A program made the position numbers and the translations under genes. From positions 39 to 64,038 of the IMG/VR virus record IMGVR_UViG_3300020440_000016: a DNA stretch of 64,000 nt; one strand, written 5' to 3'. Under the pieces are notes generated by a model. That model saw only the letters and a program-made list of their open reading frames with translations. It was not told where the DNA came from and searched no databases. The DNA is from a virus. Its lineage: Duplodnaviria; Caudoviricetes. Of this stretch, positions 56,845 to 64,000 are shown one piece after another (positions within the stretch are counted from its first letter, which is position 1; every line of letters begins with the position of its first letter).

Positions 56845-57059
56845 AACTTTTTTTCTCCTTGTTTAAAGTTTTTACTATATTGTTCAATTTGATCTTTTAT
56901 AAACAATTTTATTTTTTTCAAACGTGTTAAAAGACCTTTATGATCATAGTCTCTATACATATTACGTTCTTTTTCAATTTCGTCAACCTTTTTTGCATAA
57001 TATTCATGCTCATTTTGTAATTTTAAAAGGTGCTTATCTTTGTTTTTTGTATGTGCCAT
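56841..57059 (-). CDS. Small helical protein (DUF465/YdcH-like)
   Basis: LKKIKLFIKDQI motif; start at MAHTK. Confidence 0.55.
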   Translation of the reverse strand: MAHTKNKDKHLLKLQNEHEYYAKKVDEIEKERNMYRDYDHKGLLTRLKKIKLFIKDQIEQYSKNFKQGEKKL

Positions 57060-57060
57060 T

Positions 57061-58521
57061 TTATACCTCTTCAAACAAGTTCCCAAACTGAGTACTTGCA
57101 TTTACTGTTTTCTTTCCTGTTGCTCCTCTAGTGCCAATTATTGACATCCAGAATCTTGAAAACTCTTCTATTATTGCATTCGCTTCGTCTCTATTTGAAG
57201 TTGCGAATATTGCCTCCACAACATCACGGAAAAATAACCTGTTAAATTGCTCTTTAACAAGCATTGCCGGAATGATTCCATTGTCGTATTGTCTATTTGC
57301 TTCTTGCACTGCGTTGATGTGCATCCAAACATTGTGTCCCATTTGTATTGCATAACTAAAACTATCCCAACTTGTTTTGCCTTCCTTACCAATCTTATTT
57401 AGATCGCCTGGAGCATAAATGCAAACATCTTTTGCTTCTAATCCTTTTGTTATAGGACTATCTAAGAAACTTGTATGTTTGCCTTCTCTTATAAACGCAT
57501 CACCAAATGCGGTTGTATCTGTTGCAAGGGCCTTATCGTCAATGCTAGGCACCATTCTATACACCCATTTAGTTCTGTCTTTTGTTTCTAATTCACAGTA
57601 TACTTGACCATTTGCAGTTGCTAGGAACGGCGAAGCACAGTCAAATGTAACAGTAAAATTAGGATTATGATACTTACGTACTGCTCTTTGTACATCTGTA
57701 AGTAGTGTTGCCCACTCTAATTTACTTGTACCTAAGAAGTGCATAAAGTCATGCACACCTTTTTCTAACAAGCCATCGAATCGTAATGCAACTAATCTTT
57801 TTAACACTAGATGAATATCACACATATTCTGACCACCCATTGACCAACCGTTGAAATGTGTATCTGGATATTTCTTAGGATCACAGTAGTCTTTCATTTG
57901 TTGATACCAATCTTCTGCATCAGCATGATTTTCACCTTGCAGTACATTTAAAAACTTACAGTTACCGTTACGATTTTTCATAAAGTAATCATTATTAATA
58001 CGTGTTGCATTTACAGCCTCTTGATATGTACTGATACCTGTTGCTTTAGCACCAGCAGGAGATCTAGATACCCAAGCAGGAATATCAAGTATCATACCAT
58101 AGTCCATATATGCGTCCATCCAAGTTAAAACTTGTTCACGTTTCTTTTTTGCTTTAGGACAATTAGGATCTTTCCAATCACCTTCCCACACACCTTTACC
58201 AATTTGGAAACCACCCGAGTCACCTAGTAACCAACTGTTTTCTCTATCTCGTTCACGGATCATTAATTCTTTTGGAGCATCTTTGTTTACATCAAGTTCG
58301 GCGTGTCCTGCCGAATATAAACTCCAATGATATTGAAACAGTCCTTTGTCAGGTTGTAACCAATTCATACTCTCTACATCATTTGTAAAGTTCTTTGGTA
58401 GACGACTACGTTCTACGTATTCTTCACGTCTTTGCTTACCAACAAATGTAGCAAAGAATCCGCTAATAGCAGGAAGAAATATTGCGTAATCTTTTTGTTC
58501 TTGTGTGAGGTTTGTGTTCAT
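57061..58521 (-). CDS. dpdA: Guanine transglycosylase-like protein (DpdA/TGT family), putative DNA 7-deazaguanine inserter
   Basis: LGDSGGFQ, ILDIP, VLQG, MHFLG, FDCASP align with TGT catalytic motifs; folE, queD and queE nearby. Confidence 0.8.
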   Translation of the reverse strand: MNTNLTQEQKDYAIFLPAISGFFATFVGKQRREEYVERSRLPKNFTNDVESMNWLQPDKGLFQYHWSLYSAGHAELDVNKDAPKELMIRERDRENSWLLGDSGGFQIGKGVWEGDWKDPNCPKAKKKREQVLTWMDAYMDYGMILDIPAWVSRSPAGAKATGISTYQEAVNATRINNDYFMKNRNGNCKFLNVLQGENHADAEDWYQQMKDYCDPKKYPDTHFNGWSMGGQNMCDIHLVLKRLVALRFDGLLEKGVHDFMHFLGTSKLEWATLLTDVQRAVRKYHNPNFTVTFDCASPFLATANGQVYCELETKDRTKWVYRMVPSIDDKALATDTTAFGDAFIREGKHTSFLDSPITKGLEAKDVCIYAPGDLNKIGKEGKTSWDSFSYAIQMGHNVWMHINAVQEANRQYDNGIIPAMLVKEQFNRLFFRDVVEAIFATSNRDEANAIIEEFSRFWMSIIGTRGATGKKTVNASTQFGNLFEEV

Positions 58522-58523
58522 TT

Positions 58524-58742
58524 TTATCTTGCCCTATAAATGTCAGTTCTATTAATCCTTCTTTTTAAAACTCTTAGTAACTCTTCCATTTTATCAATTA
58601 CATTAATCAAGTCAGGATCTGTAATCATTTTTGTTTGTGTTCTAAGAGCCTCATACTCAGTTAAAGGAATAGAAACCATTGAAGATACTTTAGTTTCATT
58701 TTCAAAACTAGCATCTACGTCTTTGTCTTCTACACTTGTCAT
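58524..58742 (-). CDS. Hypothetical protein
   Basis: 72-aa ORF with GGAGG RBS. Confidence 0.55.
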   Translation of the reverse strand: MTSVEDKDVDASFENETKVSSMVSIPLTEYEALRTQTKMITDPDLINVIDKMEELLRVLKRRINRTDIYRAR

Positions 58743-58750
58743 AAGCCTCC

Positions 58751-59482
58751 TTATTTGCTTTGAGCAGGCATTATATAATCATACGTTGCCAAACCACTGT
58801 CTACACTTATTTGCATAGCACCTTGATCTGAAATACGCATTGTCTTATCACCATTTAGTCCAAGTACTGCTAATACCTGTGCTACAGGCCATGCCCATTC
58901 ATTTTTTAGTTGCCCAGTTATGCCTGGTTGGAATACAAATTCACCTGCGTGTGTACTTGCATCACCGAATTTAAATTTAAGATCTCCACTGTCAGTCATT
59001 ACAGTAAATACAGTTTCTTCTGCATTTGCAGTTGCCTGTAACTTAAATCTTTGAATTGCCGCCATAGTTGGTTGTACTTCGACATCCCAACTTGCACCTT
59101 TAAACTTTACAGTTTTTAGTTTTTCATTAATAATTTCTGCATTCATGAATCTATAATCATTTTTAAAGTCTTTGGTTGCATTTTCAAAATGAATACCAAC
59201 TGGAATAGTTGCACCATTTCTTTCAGCAGTAACAACATCAATTGAAGCACCATCCTTGTATTCAGGACATTTCAAATGAATGTCTAACTTATTTAGGTTA
59301 GGCATACCAAATGTGCCTTTTAGTTCTACCTGTGCGGCTTTTGTAGTAGCCTGCAAAATAACTGATCTATCTTCTGCCATAGAATCAATACCAGTCTGTG
59401 CATCATCACCGTTTACCTTAACAATGTTAAGAAAGCCAAGTGCGTGTGTATGTGCAACAATGTCTTGTAATATGTCTTTCAT
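58751..59482 (-). CDS. DNA polymerase sliding clamp (gp45/PCNA-like)
   Basis: 243 aa, alternating alpha/beta pattern, C-terminal YDYIMPA, directly downstream of the polymerase. Confidence 0.65.
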   Translation of the reverse strand: MKDILQDIVAHTHALGFLNIVKVNGDDAQTGIDSMAEDRSVILQATTKAAQVELKGTFGMPNLNKLDIHLKCPEYKDGASIDVVTAERNGATIPVGIHFENATKDFKNDYRFMNAEIINEKLKTVKFKGASWDVEVQPTMAAIQRFKLQATANAEETVFTVMTDSGDLKFKFGDASTHAGEFVFQPGITGQLKNEWAWPVAQVLAVLGLNGDKTMRISDQGAMQISVDSGLATYDYIMPAQSK

Positions 59483-59504
59483 GTTTTATCTCCTGTTAAC
59501 ATAT

Positions 59505-59533
59505 ATTATATTTAGAAAATCATTCAAAGTCAA
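59505..59533 (-). promoter_or_regulatory. Sigma70-type promoter with nested CTAAATA, upstream of the clamp-dpdA unit
   Basis: TTGACT-N17-TATAAT; CTAAATA at 59509-59515. Confidence 0.75.
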
Positions 59534-62189
59534 ATAAATTATTGAATGTATTCTTCTGTTCGGTTGATTTAATATCCCAATCCAAAACACCTAATAAGTT
59601 GCCCAATTTGTTATCAATAATAACACTTTCCATTTCTTCATCCGCAAACGGAAGTTCTTGGAACCAACTAGGCAATCTAAGTTCATCTGTAGGATATGCA
59701 ACCGAAGTATATCCCATGGGATTATTTTTTAGTTTACACACAATTACTTTCATGCCATCAACAATATTCATACTGTAATTGTCGCTATTCATGTCTTTGA
59801 GTGTATTCCAATTTATGCTGGCTCTGACGTGTCCAGGCATATTAACTTTGCCATGTTTTTTCTGCTTGGCAAGATAATCTGTTACATTATTTGCACGTTT
59901 AGGTGACCCTTTTTCCCAACCAGGACGTCCTCTAAACTGTGTTCTAAATTCACTAATTTTTTCTAGTATATCTTGTTCTTGTGCACCAGTAAGTACATCT
60001 AGCAATAGTTCACTCATAAAGTCTTGCATAAACACTGGAGTATCGGAACGTTTAAGATCTAATCCCATTGCTTTAACTTTCCCTGGCTTACCTTCTACAT
60101 CAAGACGTTGTCCTTCGAGATCATAAATTATTATTGCATATCTTTTCTTTGTAATAAACAAACCTTTTTCACCAACTACTTCTCTACCAGCGGCAATAAC
60201 TTTGCCTCTGCTCTTTGGACAATGAAAGGCATCATTCATAAACTGCGGAAATGTTTTGTTTGCTTCGTCACAGATTGTATCATACAATTCAGTGACTTTA
60301 TCTTTTCCCCATTCGATTTCACCTTTATCAATTTCTGCACGTAAACTTGTATATGCAGTAAAATAGCAACTGTCAGTATCACCGTATATAATGCCTTTAC
60401 CTACATGGTCATATTCGCCTGTGATGATTTCATTAACTTTTGCCGCCATATGTTTTGTAATAGTTCTACCAGATAGTGTTGTACTTTGACCAATACGTTT
60501 ATCAAAGAATCTACAACCTGGATTTAGAATAGCACCATATAAACTATTTAGGTTAATCTTTTTAACCAACTGTCTTTTATCCCAAAATGCTTCTTCAATC
60601 TTGTTACCTGCATCGATGGCTTCTTTTTTCTTTGCTTGTAGTTCTTTACGTTCATCATACCAACGTTCAAGCAATCCAGGAACAATGCCGTCATACTCTG
60701 TTGTAAAGATTGTGCCATTTGCACTCAACACCCATGGTTGGTTACTTTCAAATATTAACTTGTAAACTTCAGAAGCACTCATTATATCCGATTCACCGTT
60801 TTCCCAATCCACAGTAATTTGTTTGTCTTTTCTTTGTTCCATAACAAAGTCATATTCTAAACTACCGAAATGATTTTCCCAAGCCGCCGCAAAAGATTTT
60901 TTACGGAGTGTCATTTCGTTCTTAACATATTCTTCAGTATACTCGCCACGCAGTTGGCCAACTACTGTTGCCGGATCCATGTTCAATGCTCTAATCACAG
61001 ATGGATATAGTGAATTAATATCCATTGAGCCAATCCAGTCATGTAATCCTTTTTTAGGATATGCCACATAAGCACCTGCGGCTGTTGTATCACCTAATGC
61101 ATCTCTTGTCACTCTGTTAGGAACAACAAAGCCACGTCTGTGTGCTTCATTAATAATCGCCTGTTCTGTAACTGCTACGGCACCCATTGTCGTTGGAAGT
61201 AGCACAGTATTGGCATGAGCAAGTTCGTTGGCTAAATCAATAAATCTTAGTTTTTTATCAAGTTTATCGAGTAGTGCAGTATCTTGCCTGTTATATTCAA
61301 TAAATGTTTTAAAGTCGTTGTTGTATAATTGATCTAAAGTACCTTCATAAACAGTTTTCTTTTCACCAACTTCCATTTCACCAATAGCATCAAGTCTATA
61401 TGTATGGCGTTCTTCATATGTGTATTTTCTATATAATTCTAAACTGTCTAAATGCTGACGTCCTATTAGATCATAAGTTTCTTGTTCTCGACCAAATTTT
61501 TCATATGTTCTTTTCTTAGGATACTGATCCCATAAACAAAAACGTCTTGTATCCTCTTTAGATAATACCCTAGTAATTCTGTTTACAGTATAAGGAATAT
61601 CATAACCTTCACTGTTCCAACCGCTTATAATATCTGCGTCCTGTATCAAATCTAGAAATGTATTAAGCATTTCTGCTTCGCTTTTAAATAAATGCGTGTT
61701 TGGAAAGTCTTTACATTGTTCTTTTGCTTCTTCCATTGATAGTGTTTTAGGTGGGAGTGCAAGTGTTACAAGACTATCAAGCCATTGTAAGTGTACCGTA
61801 ATTGCAGTAATTGGAGTAAAAGGATCTTCAGGTGAACTGTATCCACGTTCAGGATCGAAGTCTACTTCAATATCAAAAAATGCTTTGTTTAGATTAGGAG
61901 CATCTTTTCCTAAATAGTTTTCTTCAAGAAGTCTGTATACAGGATTTATATCTGCTTCGAATAAACCTTTATGTTTGTTAATTTTTTGTTCTTTAAGAAA
62001 GTCTTTCCAACTTTTGCACACAACTCTTGTGCATGAATCACCAAATGTAGATTTGTACTTGCCACGGGGGTCTTTGTAGTACATTACATATCTTACTGGA
62101 AAGTCTTTGAATTCACGTTGTCCATTTACACGTTCGACAACTTTTATAATATCTTTATCTCTATCCCAAAGGGCGTCTATGTAACTCAT
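59520..62189 (-). CDS. gp43: Family B DNA polymerase (T4 gp43-like)
   Basis: Exo FDIE, GWNSEGYD, YNRQD; polymerase DINSLYP, KINLNSLYG, YGDTDS; no intein visible. Confidence 0.97.
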   Translation of the reverse strand: MSYIDALWDRDKDIIKVVERVNGQREFKDFPVRYVMYYKDPRGKYKSTFGDSCTRVVCKSWKDFLKEQKINKHKGLFEADINPVYRLLEENYLGKDAPNLNKAFFDIEVDFDPERGYSSPEDPFTPITAITVHLQWLDSLVTLALPPKTLSMEEAKEQCKDFPNTHLFKSEAEMLNTFLDLIQDADIISGWNSEGYDIPYTVNRITRVLSKEDTRRFCLWDQYPKKRTYEKFGREQETYDLIGRQHLDSLELYRKYTYEERHTYRLDAIGEMEVGEKKTVYEGTLDQLYNNDFKTFIEYNRQDTALLDKLDKKLRFIDLANELAHANTVLLPTTMGAVAVTEQAIINEAHRRGFVVPNRVTRDALGDTTAAGAYVAYPKKGLHDWIGSMDINSLYPSVIRALNMDPATVVGQLRGEYTEEYVKNEMTLRKKSFAAAWENHFGSLEYDFVMEQRKDKQITVDWENGESDIMSASEVYKLIFESNQPWVLSANGTIFTTEYDGIVPGLLERWYDERKELQAKKKEAIDAGNKIEEAFWDKRQLVKKINLNSLYGAILNPGCRFFDKRIGQSTTLSGRTITKHMAAKVNEIITGEYDHVGKGIIYGDTDSCYFTAYTSLRAEIDKGEIEWGKDKVTELYDTICDEANKTFPQFMNDAFHCPKSRGKVIAAGREVVGEKGLFITKKRYAIIIYDLEGQRLDVEGKPGKVKAMGLDLKRSDTPVFMQDFMSELLLDVLTGAQEQDILEKISEFRTQFRGRPGWEKGSPKRANNVTDYLAKQKKHGKVNMPGHVRASINWNTLKDMNSDNYSMNIVDGMKVIVCKLKNNPMGYTSVAYPTDELRLPSWFQELPFADEEMESVIIDNKLGNLLGVLDWDIKSTEQKNTFNNLFDFE

Positions 62190-62200
62190 TTATTCTCCAT

Positions 62201-62248
62201 TTGTCACTTCCGGCTGACAATACCAAATTAAGTCGCTTATGGCCGACT
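62201..62248 (-). promoter_or_regulatory. Tandem hairpins upstream of the polymerase RBS (candidate translational operator)
   Basis: AGTCG-GCCATAAG-CGACT and TTGTCA-GCCGGAAG-TGACAA; both 8-nt loops GCCnnAAG. Confidence 0.55.
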
Positions 62249-62257
62249 GTACCTTCT

Positions 62258-62533
62258 TCACATATAGTTATCACTAACTAATCCTATGATATAAATTATT
62301 GTAAGGCCCGAATTCAAAACAATCAATGATTTTTCTTTCCAAAGATAGCCTATCAATACCCAGCCTAAATTAGAAACTGTAAAAGCATAACTGTACCAAG
62401 GATACATATTAAAAGCGGCCATTGTTGCCGCAAGTATCAACGTTACAGTAAAAAACCAAGCCAACGGTTGGTATGGTTTACTTTTTACGTTTTCTTCTGC
62501 CTTTTTTCTTTTTTTGTTCTTCTTTAATGCCAT
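62258..62533 (-). CDS. Small membrane protein
   Basis: Hydrophobic segments after KPYQPLAW; start uncertain, overlaps the upstream gene. Confidence 0.55.
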   Translation of the reverse strand: MALKKNKKRKKAEENVKSKPYQPLAWFFTVTLILAATMAAFNMYPWYSYAFTVSNLGWVLIGYLWKEKSLIVLNSGLTIIYIIGLVSDNYM

Positions 62534-62747
62534 TTTCTTGCCTCCATTTTTCCTTAAGTTCAGCATCAGTCCAGTGTGGCCTTCTATCTAATCCACCTGC
62601 TCCTTGTGCCGCCCCAGGGGGAACTATTTCTATTTTTCCACCCTTCTTAAGGAACTCTTTCATTTTTTTATCTAATTGTGCCTGTTGTGCCTCTTTGTCT
62701 TCGTATTCGTTATTTGCCGTATAGTTTCTACGGATGTCTATTGCCAT
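62478..62747 (-). CDS. SutA-like RNA polymerase-binding protein (putative)
   Basis: KMKEFLKKGGKIEIVPPG resembles the SutA RNAP-binding motif; acidic N-terminus, basic tail; own promoter. Confidence 0.5.
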   Translation of the reverse strand: MAIDIRRNYTANNEYEDKEAQQAQLDKKMKEFLKKGGKIEIVPPGAAQGAGGLDRRPHWTDAELKEKWRQENGIKEEQKKKKGRRKRKK

Positions 62748-62766
62748 AAATCTCCTAAGTTTCTAT

Positions 62767-62795
62767 AGTATAGCATTTTAAATTTTAGTTGTCAA
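62767..62795 (-). promoter_or_regulatory. Sigma70-type promoter
   Basis: TTGACA-N17-TATACT with extended TG. Confidence 0.75.
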
Positions 62796-62796
62796 C

Positions 62797-63093
62797 CTAT
62801 TTCGCAAAGAAATCATCGGCATTGGTTGCCTTATCGTCTATCCAAATATCATAAACAGGTTTCTTCATTGCAAGGGTAGTATATTTCACACCCCATTTAG
62901 CAAATTGTTCTTTGGTATGTACTGCCCAATTTATTCCTGAATTACCACCTCTAGCAGTCCAATAATGAATCTCATGTCCTTCATCAAACAATTCGTTCAT
63001 TTTCTGTATTCGTTCTTTGATTGGTTTACTATTTTCGTAATCACTATCTTTAGTTTTACAAATAGTTCCGTCTATATCAACCACGTATTTCAT
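62797..63093 (-). CDS. HAD-superfamily phosphatase (short, capless)
   Basis: VDIDGTI motif I, YWTAR motif II, K, WIDDKA motif IV; start at MKYVVD. Confidence 0.85.
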   Translation of the reverse strand: MKYVVDIDGTICKTKDSDYENSKPIKERIQKMNELFDEGHEIHYWTARGGNSGINWAVHTKEQFAKWGVKYTTLAMKKPVYDIWIDDKATNADDFFAK

Positions 63094-63365
63094 AAAAATA
63101 ATCGCCATAGTGCAATAGTGTTCATAGCAGTAAACCATGTAGTCAATACCATTACCCAGGCCGCCTTTCTGTAGTATGCACCAAAAAATCCAGTTACACT
63201 TCCTATCCAATAAAACGGAATAAAAAGATCTGGTCTAGGTGCTAATACTGTGTATGTTAAAATTGCACTACCAATAATAACAGTGATTGCACTTGACATT
63301 TCCAAGTAAAATGCAATCGGATTAGAATTATAACTTTCTCTAAAAAACCTTATAAGTTTATTCAA
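63090..63365 (-). CDS. Small multi-pass membrane protein
   Basis: About three hydrophobic segments in 91 aa. Confidence 0.65.
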   Translation of the reverse strand: MNKLIRFFRESYNSNPIAFYLEMSSAITVIIGSAILTYTVLAPRPDLFIPFYWIGSVTGFFGAYYRKAAWVMVLTTWFTAMNTIALWRLFL

Positions 63366-63626
63366 TTACTTGTCCTTACCAACTGTGACAATAATCGTTT
63401 CAAGATCGTCAAAATCGCTTGACACTTCTCCCCAATTAGATTTATGTGCAATACTAATCGCTTTGTTAATTAAACTAGGTTTTACATCTAGTTCTTCTGA
63501 TACTGCTTTTACTGTATCACGTAAACCTTCTTTAAGGTCTGTAACTTCTTGCATTACGTTTGCACCATCATTGATAACCTGCATCAATTTGGCTTTTTCT
63601 TCCGCACCAAAAACTTTTCCACTCAT
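63366..63626 (-). CDS. dsDNA-binding protein (T4 DsbA-like)
   Basis: 86 aa helical: LKEGLRDTVKAV.EELDVKP..INKAI.IAHK. Confidence 0.55.
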   Translation of the reverse strand: MSGKVFGAEEKAKLMQVINDGANVMQEVTDLKEGLRDTVKAVSEELDVKPSLINKAISIAHKSNWGEVSSDFDDLETIIVTVGKDK

Positions 63627-63651
63627 GTGAATCTCCTTTGTTAATTTAATT

Positions 63652-63681
63652 ATTATACAATGATTTATACTGCGAAGTCAA
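63652..63681 (-). promoter_or_regulatory. Sigma70-type promoter
   Basis: TTGACT-N18-TATAAT. Confidence 0.6.
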
Positions 63682-63700
63682 CCTATATATCTAATTATGG

Positions 63701-64000
63701 TTAATCTTTTAATCCTTCGCCTTTGTCCTTGTATGCCCATTCGTCTGTGTGACCAACGGACCATTTTGGATTATTTTCTACTGTGTAATTTTGAGTGCAT
63801 ACTTTGAAGTCTGGAGTTTTGCGTTGTGTAGGCACTAAACTTTGATCTGTGAATACAGTTCTGTTGTTTGGTTGTGCGGCAAATTGTCCGTTATCTAATT
63901 TTATGATGTTGAATGTTTTGTGTTCTGGATCATATTCTGAAAAGTTTGTATCAAGTGTGCTACTTTGTGCATGACAGGTATCAAGTGTAAACATATATTC
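63701..64000 (-). CDS. Hypothetical phage protein, 5'-truncated by the window edge
   Basis: EHKTFNIIKLDNGQFAAQPNNR ... PDFKV; the frame probably continues beyond 64000. Confidence 0.6.
   Translation of the reverse strand, partial: EYMFTLDTCHAQSSTLDTNFSEYDPEHKTFNIIKLDNGQFAAQPNNRTVFTDQSLVPTQRKTPDFKVCTQNYTVENNPKWSVGHTDEWAYKDKGEGLKD

Noticed and set aside
59520-62189. Intein or intron in the DNA polymerase (also checked thyX and gp46)
   Set aside because: Lengths are normal and the motifs are contiguous.
62478-62533. Programmed frameshift fusing the SutA-like and membrane ORFs at the A-rich overlap
   Set aside because: The A_AAA_AAG-type heptamer implies a -1 shift, but joining these frames needs +1; a simple overlap is more parsimonious.
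1-64000. CRISPR array or tRNA genes
   Set aside because: No regularly spaced direct repeats and no cloverleaf or T-loop signature seen in the few intergenic gaps (by eye, not computed).
1-64000. Stop-codon reassignment
   Set aside because: All recognisable genes are full length in the standard code, and coding density is high.

Overview
A 64-kb, AT-rich segment of a large T4-like (myovirus) phage genome, probably aquatic or marine; the host cannot be identified from the sequence. There are three blocks. (1) 1-4.85 kb, minus strand: a GC-richer, highly structured non-coding tract, then a GIY-YIG nuclease, the gp46/gp47 recombination nuclease and a gp55-like late sigma factor carrying a long insertion. 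(2) 4.9-39.6 kb, plus strand: a contractile-tail baseplate and fibre operon (gp48/54-like, gp53, hub, gp5, gp25, gp6, a 4675-aa multidomain protein, four paralogous fibres, and an embedded 2OG-Fe(II) oxygenase). (3) 39.7-64 kb, minus strand: early and replication genes (ThyX, MoxR-type AAA+ with a VWA-peptidase, RNase H, sliding clamp, family B polymerase). Interleaved with these is a 7-deazaguanine DNA-modification set (DpdA/TGT-like, FolE, QueD-like, QueE; no QueC seen in the window). A GT-B glycosyltransferase is translationally coupled inside that set, and an MBD4-like glycosylase, a PRTase, a HIT hydrolase, ClpP and a peroxiredoxin lie nearby. Best leads: a possible glycosylated deazaguanine DNA modification; a large structured ncRNA candidate after the GIY-YIG gene; a bipartite late promoter paired with the expanded gp55; and twin operator-like hairpins before the polymerase. 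All family assignments come from motif recognition by eye; no searches were run.
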